Of a stretch of 64,000 nucleotides of DNA, positions 27,140 through 39,466 are shown in pieces. The notes under the pieces were generated by a model, which worked only from the letters and a program-made list of their open reading frames with translations, did not search any database and had not been told where the DNA came from. Position numbers and translations under genes: made by a program. The first letter of the stretch is position 1, and each line of letters begins with the position of its first letter. The stretch comes from the human T2T-CHM13v2.0 reference genome, Homo sapiens, in the NCBI RefSeq assembly GCF_009914755.1, contig NC_060926.1. One strand, written 5' to 3'.

Positions 27140-27315
27140 TGTTTGTTTGTTTATTTATTCATTTGAGACAGAGTCTCTCTCTGTCACCCAGGCTGTAGTG
27201 CAGTGGTGCAATCACGGCTCGCTGTAGTCTTGACCTCCTGGGCTCTAAAGATCCTCCCACCTTAGCCTCCTGTGTAGCCAGGGCTATAGGCACGTGCCAC
27301 CACACCTGGTTAATT
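27140..27315 (-). mobile_element. Alu right-arm monomer (FRAM or truncated AluJ)
   Basis: Single arm from gagacagagtctc to ccacacctggttaattt. Confidence 0.8.
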
Positions 27316-27791
27316 TGTTGTTGTTATTATTTTTATTTTAAAGAAATTATTTAATTTATTGAAACTAGGTAATACATACATGTGGTACAAAATTCCAAAA
27401 GTACAACAGGGTATATATTGAAAAGTATGCTTCTCACCCTCCCCTGCCCCAACCACCAGATCTCTTCACCAGAAGCAACCACTGTTATGGGTTTCTCTGT
27501 AGAATATTTTATGAAGAATATTCTCTTTAATAGGTTGCTGGGCAAGACTTCCAAAATGTACATTTGACTCCTCTTCTCAACCTCCTGAAAAAGAAAAATC
27601 AATTTTTAAAATTACTGAAACTGTCAAGGCATTTTGAGTCAAAATTTTCACACAAATTGACTCTAACATACCTACCAGAGTTTTCATTTACTTGTTCCAT
27701 TTATTTGATTATTTCACTAAACTCCAACACCTTGAACCCCTATTAGCACCGTCTGATGTTTTAAATCTGAGAATATTTTCACAAAATGTGA

Positions 27792-28133
<342 letters not shown>

Positions 28134-28920
28134 CAGATAGAAAACTTTAAGTATGTAAGAATCATTGCAGTATAATCATATTGAATTTTTAGTTATTAAG
28201 AACTAATACATTTGTTGGAAATTTGAAGTAATGCATATGGTTAATAATATTAAAAGCAAAAGAGGTTACCTCCTTCAATTTTAATAGAGATGTTAGTCTC
28301 TATTAAGACTATGGGATATCAAATTGGTACCATGCTAGTAAATGCCACAAGAGAAATTCTTTTTCTACTAATTTTCGAAGACGTTATCCCTGTAAATTAC
28401 CTCTACTGATCTACATTTCCTGAGTTGATATGTGTGCACTCATCAAGGCAAGCATCCCTTGTGGGGTAGATGACCTTGCATCCATGTCCTTTGAGAGAAT
28501 AAATATTTATATTGACAGTGCAGCTGCCATATATTGAGTTCGTAAAATTGGGTTTGGGTGTTTTAATCTGGCATATTATTCTTGCTTAATTTCATTGTGC
28601 TGACTATGGTTACAGAGCTATAAATCAGGGACAGTGTTTACCCACAGAAGGAAAGGAGAGCAGGAATAATAGTGTGAAATATTGCCTTTGTTTATTAAAA
28701 GTGTTTCTTCATTTGGGCACCTGTTGTCTTTTGGTTGCCGGTTCCCTCTGGATCTTACCAGTTTTTGAATTTTTTTTAGAAATTAATAAACAGATCTATG
28801 ATCGTCTGAGGTAAGAGGTAGCATAAAGCTCATAAAGTAAAGGAGTGAGTGGGGCAGGTAAAAAGAAACCTATTTTTAATATACAAAAATAGGGCATATG
28901 TATACAAAGTTCAAACAGTA

Positions 28921-29425
28921 CAGACAAGGCTAACTACATAATTTGTGGGGCCCAGTGCGAAATAAAAATATGGGATCTCTTGTTCTCCTCAGAGGAAAAA
29001 ATATTAACTTTTTCTGTGTTCTCTATCTCAACTCCTCATTTTGTTCTTTGCCATTTAATGTTCTAAGTAAAGAAAAACCCACATTTTAAATTATTAGCAT
29101 AAATTTGTTTATCTGTGGTGCAATACCAGTTTTAAATGCAAATATAAGACCATTTAACTTACATGCAGAATGACCCAAACTACATAATTTGAACTTCCTA
29201 GCTCGGACATGTGTATCTATTTCATTCTTACTAGGGCAGTGGAAACTTTGCCCAAAACTGATTCAACTGTTTTCATTTTGCTTCTTGATGCATGCACATT
29301 CTAACCAACACTGACTATCTTCAGCTTACTCACAGTAAGGAAGGACTAAAAGGAAAAAGAAGTATAGGTTGCCCTATCTTTCCTTTACTTTAATGTCATT
29401 ATTTTCAGACTAATGGTTGGCTAAT
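28921..29425 (-). mobile_element. MER45B-like hAT-Tip100 element
   Basis: ctacataatttgtggggcccagtgcgaaataaaaatatggg is the reverse of the MER45 terminus, with longer internal sequence. Confidence 0.65.
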
Positions 29426-29429
29426 AGAA

Positions 29430-29888
<459 letters not shown>

Positions 29889-31196
29889 TCTGTTTGGGGG
29901 AAACTAAGGGGAAGAACGCATTTTATGGATGTTATACAAAACTTAAAATTTGATAAATATTTTCTAGTTACACTCTAGAAAGTCTGAAGCAATTTTCACT
30001 CTCCACAACAGTGTAGGAGTATACTTGTTTTTTCAGTTCTTTAACCTGAGTAATTTCAAACTTTGAAAATTTTTATTACTTCGCTTTGTATTTCCCTAAT
30101 CACGCATCTTTTAAATATTTCTTGGCAGTTGTACTGTTTTTGGTCTGTGAATGGCTGGTTCACATCTTTTGTTCAGTACTCTATTGGGTTGTATCTACAG
30201 TTTATGAGATTATAAGAACACTTTGTAAATTAAAGAAACGTGCCCCTTTTGCCATACGCATTAAAATATCTTTTCCAGGGTTTTGTTCCAGATACATTTT
30301 GTGACTAGGCGCTTAGGACTGAAGAAGCATTTCCTTTATGAGTTTTTTCCTCAAGACATTTCATTCATTAATTTTTTTCCCTGTAATTTCTTCCTGTGAA
30401 CTATGCCCCAGTTACACATCCCTAAGGACATACAGTATCACTATTGAAGCAAAACTTTTAAAAAATCATTTTATTGTCTACTGCTTCTCCTGGAAATTAT
30501 TTTAATTTATCTGTTTGATGTTTTTATCCTTTTTCTACTGGGGAGATGCTACTTCAGGAAGCTAATTCCAAATTAGTTAGTTCTTGGATCTGTTGGCTCC
30601 AAGACGCAATTCCCAGCACTTATTCATCCTTATCTATTTGGGGGAAACTCAGAGGAAGAAGGCATTTTGAAATTCTATCACGTGCTGTTTTTCTTGGCTG
30701 GATCAATGGCTTAGCCATTGGCTGCATGGTCTCTCTTTCTCTTTACACACCAGATACTTTCAATTGGAGTTTCTAGTAGAGTTGAAGCTAAAGAACACTG
30801 AATGCAAAAACAAAGTAATTCCACTTTTGTGCCTCAATCTTATCATCCCAGTGCTCAATGTATTGGCCTTCAGTGGTTCTAGTAAAATGGGATATAATCA
30901 TGTGTGGAAAATAGCAGAGGCAGCTTCAAAAAACTCAGGGAAGAGAGATTGAAAGGAGTGTCCAAGATGGGGTACATATTATAAAGGCAGAGGAAGAGAA
31001 CTACTCTTCATAAAACTTGATTTGGAGATAATGCTACAATTGTGGTGACTGGTGCTAGTAAACAGGAAGATAAAGCTACTTTTCTGCACGCTCTGAAACC
31101 TCTCTCAACAAGAAATAATCCCATTGTAAATAAATTTGTTTATTTGTTTATAAAATCCCAAGCAACTGCTTTTTTCTTCTTCTTCTTCTTCTAATT

Positions 31197-31279
31197 GGAA
31201 CATTTGGGATTTCAGGTTTTCAGATTAGGGGTAAACATTCTGCAAATATTCCAAAATCTGAAAAAATCAGAAATCTGAA
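31197..31279. mobile_element. Tigger4-like fragment
   Basis: gatttcaggttttcagattaggg...tgcaaatattccaaaatctgaaaaaatcagaaatctgaa. Confidence 0.6.
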
Positions 31280-33759
31280 CCAAACAAATGACTTTTAACC
31301 ACTTTGAAAAATGAGAACCTCTACAAAAGATTGGGTTTCAATAAAGGGAAATCTCTTTTCTACACACATTCTTTCTCCTTTAAACATCGAAATAGTCTTG
31401 AAAGAATTTTTTTATTAAATTCTGTTCTCTTTCTTTGATTTTTTTCTTAGGTGAAATATTACATTTTGTTTTCCTGTGGCATAATGGCAATGTCATCCTT
31501 ATCAGCTTATGCTCCTATTCCGTACTTCAGTTGACTGGCGCCCTCTGAGGCTTCTGAGCTATGTAGGAGTTTTTGCCCCCCACTAGCTGACACCAGTACG
31601 TTACAGAGTTGCTCTAAGTTGCCAGCCGTCCCTTCTCACTGAGATCAAACTGCTCTCTTTCCTCTGCTCCTGGTGCCTTTTCTCTGCTAAAGGTTGGGAA
31701 ATGATATGCGTCTAAGCAAGAGTAAATAGACCGTGAAGAAGTGAGTTGTGAGTGCTCATAGTGGTGTCACCTAGCAGCTTTGATATGTGAAACAGATGCC
31801 ACATTCATTTTGGTGTCTTAGAGGACAGATATGCAGTTGCTAATTGTGTTCAGATCAATTAAAGGATGTGTATAAGTGGCTATTGGATTACTGGTGTGTT
31901 GTTAGTGATTTAAATCTTTATAAAACATTATTTCTAAACTGTTGACCAAGCTGCAAACATATCCAACAATATGCATGCTCATTAATAAATAGAAGAGACA
32001 GTTTCTACAGTGGAAAGCACATGGGCATGGTATCAAAATGAGGTTTTACTGCTTTTTGGCAGTGTGATACTGGACCAGAAGTTTGTACCTCAGTTTTCTC
32101 ACCTGTAAAGTGAGATAATAAAATATAGCTTGTGTGGTGGTGGCATGCCTAGCACATGAATAAACACTGAGTGAAAGAATTTCATTAAATGATAACAATT
32201 TTAGAAATATATAACCTGATATTAACTTAAATATGTTTTATGAATATAAATCATTAGAATACGTTCTTGATACTTATGATAATAAAATTATTTATCCTTA
32301 TTGATACATACCTTAAATATATGATTATGACTTGCTAAAAAATATACAATTTTCAAATAACAACAATCTCTTAACCAGTATACATTTCCAATTCAGAAAT
32401 CAAATTCTCAGTGGCAAGGGAAGATTGAGATCCAGAAAGAACTAAGACTAGCGAGCATTCCATTCCTCTAAGGCTTCTAAATTAGAATGTGGGTCTAGGG
32501 CTGGAAAGAGGGTGAGATTGAGTATCATTCTTCCAATCTCTTTCTGGCTTTTTGTTCCTGACTTTGAATGAGGGTGATAGTTGTAATTACTCCAGACTTT
32601 CTGAATAGAAGTGAAAAGTGAGGTAAATCTAACTTGTTGAAATGGAAATATACCTTCCACTCCATAAAAGATGTCACATCTTGGTATAATCTCAGGCTTA
32701 TTTTTTTAGATGCAAATTAGTGAAAAAACAATAGCTAACAATTTTGGCAGCCAAAATCTTCATGGTAGCTTCCTTTGAATGCCAAAAATCTCTCATGTAT
32801 GGACACATATGCCTGCATAAATACATGCAAAACACACCCTCTTCTGCCTCCACATGTCTATGGCAATTTCCAGGAGAAATGCCAGAAGAAGCAAATGCCT
32901 CAAAGACTCTGTGCTTTGAGGTTAAAGGTGTGATGCCTTTGGCACCACCAGAACTCAACTTCGTTGTAGCTCTGTGGTGTGTGACGTCTCAGTTGTGATA
33001 TCCTAGAGCAACCTCATAGCCCTGATCTCCCATTCTGTCCATGTGATTAAACACGCTCTGTTTGGGTGTTGCCTGGTAGAATAATAACACTGCTTAGGTA
33101 AGAAGGGTATTGTCCTGAGGTGTGGCGTCCTTTTGACTTCCTCCCCCAAATGGAGCACTTCCTGCTTTCCAGCTGAATGATGAGTCATGAGAAGAGACTT
33201 GAGGATGTGACACAGGAGACCAGTCAGGCCATAATTATTTGTAAGGCATGTGTAACAAATCTGCTTTCAGCACACATCCCATCCAGGTAAAGCCAGGAAA
33301 TACAACGAGGGCTGGAAATAGCTCGTGGCTAGCATCCTCAACACTAGTCATTTAGTGCTTTCAACAACCCAAAGTGCCACATCAAAGTACTCATGTTTAC
33401 CAGAATTCTCATTGCAGATCTGAATTCTGATGATTATTTCTATTTTTGTGATTTCTGGCAATTGAGAAACATTGTTAGAGTTTATTCAGAGTGAGAGATT
33501 TGTGAAGTGTTTGATATATGTCTGAGATAGACCTAGGTATGTGCTATAATGGCACATAGAAATGTGGCCAGGAGCACAGTCATGTGAGAAAGCTCCCTGA
33601 GGTATGTAAGGAGAATGGCTCATATTGCATTTTAAATTGTGTTCTTACAGAACATGAGCATTACCATTTATTACTGTGTATGTCAAGAACCATGTTGGGT
33701 GTGTGTGTGTATACATTTTGCTGAATCCTAACTATGGGCTTTTGAGGCAATTATAAACA

Positions 33760-34010
33760 TAAAAATAGCTATATGACTAATGCTTGCTATGGGCTTGTCA
33801 TTATGCTAAGTAGCCATCTTATATACATTGTCTTATTTAATCCTCCTAACAACATTGGCCGGTGGGGGTGATTATCCCATTTTATAAGTAAGAAAATGGA
33901 GACTTGGAGAGATTAAGGAGCTTGCCCAGGGTTGTATGGCTAGTAAAGTGAAAGAGTTAGGATTTAAACTTGCTCTGTCTGACTTCAAAACTTGTGATTT
34001 GTACCACACC
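33760..34010 (-). mobile_element. MIR SINE, near full length
   Basis: tcttatttaatcctcctaacaac...attatcccattttataagtaagaaaatggagacttggagagattaag...ttgcccaggg. Confidence 0.8.
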
Positions 34011-34159
34011 ATTTTTCTCTCTTACCATCCTATGATCAAGCATTATCAGTGACGAACCAGCCAACCAACAAACCAAACAAACCAATAAACAAGTAAATAA
34101 ACAAATAAATGCAGTTTCAACCTTCTTTAATGGAGTGTATGTTATAATAGAAAGGTATT

Positions 34160-34433
34160 CTTTTTCTATTATCTCACTCTGTTGCCCAGGCTGGAGTGCA
34201 GTGGTGTAATTGTAGCTCACTGTGGTCTTGAACTCCTGGGTTCAATCCCACCTCAGCCTCCTGATTAGCTGGGACTACAGGTGTGCACCGCCTTGCCTGG
34301 CTAAATTTATTTTGGTGGTAATGGGATCTCACTATGTTGCTCAGGCTGGTCTCAAACTCCCATCCTCAAGTGATCCTTCCACCTTAGCCTCCCAAAGTGC
34401 TGAGATCACAGGTGTGAGCCACTCTGCCCAGCC
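34160..34433 (-). mobile_element. AluJ
   Basis: tctcactctgttgcccaggctggagtgcagtgg...gtgagccactctgcccagcc. Confidence 0.9.
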
Positions 34434-35747
34434 AAGAAAAATGCTTATATTCACTTGGAGAACAATAGCTCAAATATGGTGTAGTATTCCATTCTCACCA
34501 ACACTTAGGAAAAAATGGAAATCTACAACCTTAAGTTAAATCCAACAAACATGAAGTGCCTACTGTGTTGGTCATGCTTCTTATGAGACTCTGGGGTGAA
34601 CAATCAAGAGATACTTTGGAAAAGAGCACCCTCTTAGAATACCAGAAGAATACCAGAAGGCTGAGGCAAAAGAGTACCAGAAGGCTAAGGCTACTGTTCT
34701 CACTTTAGTCTCTCACATTGCTACATATCATTTCCTACAAGAAGTGACCTGTTGGGGGGTCTTCCCTTTGATATCCTAAAAAATGAAACATGTTTATTTC
34801 TCTGTGGATATCATGACGTGAAAGAATATCCTCCTCAAAAATATCTTCCCCATTTTAACTTCAGTACACTTCATAGAAAGATCAGAGTCATGGTAATGGG
34901 CCATTATACCACCATGATCACACACACCAGAACACACTGGGAAATCCGCCTTTGTTATCCCTGCAATTAGATTTAGTTCTAAAGTGATTAACTTAGAGAA
35001 AATGAAGTAAGATAATATTAAATAAGCCAGCTTTTGGATATTTGATTTATGACTAAAAGGAAAGGATCCAGAAGCAGCTTTGAGGAAATCTCATGCACGG
35101 TAGAAAGTTAATATCTCAAATAAATTTAAAGGCTTTCTAAGCATGCTGGTGATTAGTTCAATTGTAGATCTCTTTTATCACCTAGATATGGGTTTTAAAA
35201 ACTATTGTAGGATCTCTTGGTATGGAGGAGATTCCAGAAAACTTTGTATAAATGTTTTTGGTAAAATTTAAAGATATTGTGTACCCCAAATATTTTCTCT
35301 TCTCTAGGAATTTAGTTTACACATGTGAAAATTTATCTGAAGTGTGATCTTACATATACTTGATACACCAAACACAGTCACAGGGGAGGATGGGAGGAAA
35401 ACTTGCATGAAACGCGTTAGAGAAAACCAAAACCTATTTATTTGAACCATATGTTGTTCTTTACTGCACTTATTTTTTTCTTAAGAAGCACAAATTAATT
35501 TAGCTAGTTTCTAAGTTTGGGCAATAAGCAAGTTCTTCTTCCCATGCATCCTTTGATCCCCATCACCAAACAGGGAACAGCTTTCTTCTGGTGTAGGTCT
35601 CCATGACCCCTCCCCTAAAAGATCAGCAACACACTCAGGACCTCCATTTATATTTTTACTTTTAATGAAATAAATACATCGTGAATATTAATTATGGTGA
35701 GTTAGAAGAAAGTGTTCAGCTTCCTTATAAAGCCAGGTCATTGGCTT

Positions 35748-36313
35748 TGTTACAGGAAAGGGGTCCTGTAGGAACGGGGGTCCAAGAACGCCAAGAGAGG
35801 GTTCTTGGATCTCACACAAGAAAGAATTCAGGGCGAGTCTGCAGTGCAAAGTGAAAACAATGTTATTAAGAAAGTAAAGGAATAAAAGAATGGCTAGTCC
35901 GTAGACAGAGCAGCCCTGAGGGCTGCTGTTTGCCCATATTTATGGTTATTTCTTAATGATATACTAAAGAAGGGGTGGATTATTCATGCCTTCCCTTTTT
36001 AGGCCATATGGGGTAACTTCCTGACATTGCTATGGCATTTGTATACTGTCATGGCGCTGGTGGGAGTGTAACAGTGAGGATGCCCAGAGGTCAGTCTCTT
36101 CATTATTTGGTATTGGTGGGTTTTGGCCAGCTCCTTAACTGCAACCTGTTTTATCAACAAGGCCTTTATGACCTGTATTCTGTGCTGACCTCCTATCTCA
36201 TCCTATGAGTTAGAATGCCTTAAGCATCTGGGAATGCAGCCCGGTAGGTTTCAGCCTCCTTTTACCCAGTTCCTATTTAAGATGGAGTTGTTCTGGTTTA
36301 CATACCTCTGACA
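35748..36313 (-). mobile_element. MER41A solo LTR (ERV1)
   Basis: TGT...ACA termini, 4-bp TSD GCTT (35744-35747 / 36314-36317). Follows recalled MER41 and lacks the MER41B tandem GAS insert. Confidence 0.9.
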
Positions 36314-37642
36314 GCTTTATCATCATCTTAAGCTTTAGGGAGAAGCTACCTTTATTCATTCATAGTATATTTACTGAGTATTTAGTAGTGGCACATCATT
36401 ACACAAAGGAGATACAAAAAAATTCCTGGGCATTGGGCGTACGGAGGTACTAATTCAAGAGGTAAGTCATATGCATATGAAAGGCAGAGTATCAATATAA
36501 AAGTTGCTAACATTAAGAGGAACATGTATGGGTCAAGAAGTGAAATGATCAATATCATATTTTCTGTTCTCTTAAGTGCTAAAAGCCTCTTTCTCTTTAG
36601 TACTTTGTCTTGTGTTTCATCTCTAATTCAAAGCTTTTATAAAATCTTACTTCCTCCATTGAAACCTTTGAGCATGTGACGAATTATGGTCAGAGCATCC
36701 CTGGGTCCAAATTATTCATTATATGGCTTCTCTTCCATTAAGGATCTGTGTTCACTAGCTTTTTGTTTGTTTATGGCTCTCTATTCCTGTCAGAGCTGGT
36801 TTAGAGGTTCTGAGCCAGAGTGCAGCTACTTCCAAATCTTTAAAGAAACATTTTCCTCCAGGAAGGAAAACTGTTCTCTTAACTGATCATGCAATTCTGG
36901 AAGGCGAAGAAGGAGTGAGCCCTGACCCAACAGGACAGATTAGCCAGATCAACCTGGTTATCATAGCAGAGTACTATGTTTCCACTTCAACATCTGCACA
37001 ACGCCTATTCTACCCATTGGGTGATCAACCACTTGTTCTTTGGTCCTCTGTGCCATTCTCTTAGTTGTTGATACTTTTACTGTCTACTTTACCTGCTAGA
37101 GTTATTTGCAGTGTTGGGGCGAGCTACTCAGTAACAGCCAAGTCTTAGGCGACTGCATGAAAAGTTCATCACTGCTGACTGTCACATCGTGAGCACCCAG
37201 TTAATATTTATTAAGGTAGTAATTGTTAGCAGTTAGATATGGATTTATTTAAGGTGAATATTATACTTCTTTTGTAGGAAAGAATCCAAAAGCATCAAGT
37301 GAAGCTGCCCTCTTCTTCCTTAGCAGGTCCTTTTTCAGGGAAATTGTCTTGGGATGTCTTGTTAGCTCTAGGGGTCTTAGAGATCACTCATTGCCTATGA
37401 ACTGAAGAGCAGAAACAGGTCCAGAGAGCTTTCAACTGTTTCCCTAAGGCCACCATGCTGGGCATTGGCAGAGCCAGGACCAGCCTTGGTTTTCCTCTTA
37501 CTGGCCCAGGGCTGACGCCATAGCACTATGTCTGAATGGGGCTTAAAAGCTAATGTGATAAGGGAAAGCCTTGAATTAACAGTGTCCAAAACTATTTTGA
37601 GATCCTGATGAAAGTGATAGACCCTCTCCCCAGAAAAATGCA

Positions 37643-38061
37643 TGCTATGGTTTGGATATAGTTTGTTGGGCTCCACAAAGTCTCATGTTGGAATTTGATC
37701 TCACTGTTGGAGGTGGGGCCTGTGGAAGGTGTTTGGCTGGTGGGGGCAGATCCCTCATGAATGGCTTTGTGCCACTCCAAGAAGTGAGTGAGTTCTCGCT
37801 CTTACTTCCCTCAAGAACTGGTTCTTGAAAAGAGCCTAGCACCTCCTCCTTCCCCCTTTCTTCCTTTCTTGCCAAGTAATCGTTATACATTTCAGCTCCC
37901 CTTTATCTTCCGCCATGAGTGAAGGCAGCCCCCTCACTGGAAGCAGATGTTGGTGCCATGCTTCTTGTACAGCCAACAGATCCATGAGCCAAACAAACCT
38001 CTTCTTTATAAACTACCCAGCCTCAGGTATTCCTTTATGGCAATACAAACAGATTGAGACA
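37643..38061 (+). mobile_element. MSTB-type MaLR solo LTR inserted in a hAT (MER117-like) MITE
   Basis: tgctatggtttggat...gagaca with 5-bp TSD ATGCA (37638-37642 / 38062-38066). Flanks rejoin as ccctctccccagaaaaatgca|cacac. Confidence 0.85.
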
Positions 38062-38360
38062 ATGCACACACACACTTACAATTTTGGATATAATTTTGGA
38101 CATGAACTTCATGAAGCTTATCCAATGACAGCTGTCTAGGGTGCATGACCTCCATTTTATGAAGTACTGATACAGATGGAATTTACAAGAAACACTCTGC
38201 CTATTTCTAAATACTCCTATATTCTCATTACACTTGAGTAATTACAAGATTATAGAATGTGGATGGTTACTGCCACTTCTCAAAATGGCCGTTTAGGATT
38301 TAATTATTAGTGAGGGAACAATTCCCCAAACAGACATCCAAATCTACATGTTGGCTGAAT

Positions 38361-38422
38361 AACACACACACACACACACACACACACTACACACACACTA
38401 CACACACACTACACACACACAC
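38361..38422. repeat. Interrupted (CA)n microsatellite with periodic T interruptions
   Basis: (AC)n followed by three tacacacacac units. Confidence 0.95.
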
Positions 38423-38937
38423 GAACATAAATTTAAAAGCAGTTAAAAGGCAGTTAAAAAACTTGAAAAGTGTGAATTTCCTACAACTACCTTATCTTCC
38501 ATTGAAAAATTATTTTTATTGTCCCTCATTCTCCTATTATATTTTCTTTTCTAGTAAACACCTGCCATAGTGTGTATCCTTTATTCAGGACCTACTGTGC
38601 ATTTTACTCGGGAGGCTAGAAAATTATTCATCCAGCAAGTATATATAGACCATCTGTTATGTGTAAGATATTCTGAGAGATGTGGGGAAAGGGTTCTTAA
38701 GAAGACACAGCATGGTCTTTTCTCTCAAGGAGATTTTGGTTCAATTTGGAGGGCACAATGATATTAATATGCATTCAATGGCAGGTCTTTATTGAGTGCT
38801 ATTCAAGCTTCAAGCTAGAAAGAGAGACAAAAATTACTTTGAGGTGAACTTCATGAAGGAGGTGAAGTCTATACTGACTGGGCTTTGACAGGTGGATTGG
38901 ATTGCAGAAGGCCAAAAAGAAGGGGAAGGTATTTTAG

Positions 38938-39466
38938 TCTATTCTAGTTATCTATTGTTATATAACAGACAATCCCAAATGTAGTGCCTTGAAACAACAA
39001 CACCTCTTAATTTTCTCCTGAATTTGCCATTTGGATTGGGTTGGGGGATGAGACAGAGAACAGCTTGCTTCTGTTCCACTGGGCATCACCTGGGGCAACA
39101 CACAGGAGGCTGGCATCACCCAAAGGATCGCTCCTGGCACATGTGTTGGTTGATGCTGACAGGAGCTGTGGCTGTTGACCAGAGCACCTACATATGGCTG
39201 TTCCATGTGACTGCCTGGCTTCCTCCCAGCAAGAGGCTTCATGACAAGAGCCAGTGTCCCAAGAGAACCAGGCAGAAGCTTCTTCAATTTTATGACCTGC
39301 CTTGGAAGTCATTCACTGCCACTTTCGTCATAGTCACAAGTGCACCCAGATGCAAGGGGAGGGAACATAGGCCTTGCTTTTAACATCTTCAAGTCACACT
39401 GTAGGATGAGCATGTGGGAGGGGAGATACTGTTGTGGCCATTTGGGAAAACATAGTCTGCCCCACA
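38938..39466 (-). mobile_element. MLT1 (G/H-like) MaLR LTR within an L2 relic
   Basis: Ends gggagatactgttgtggccatttgggaaaacatagtctgccccaca, the reverse of the MLT1 start. Confidence 0.75.
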
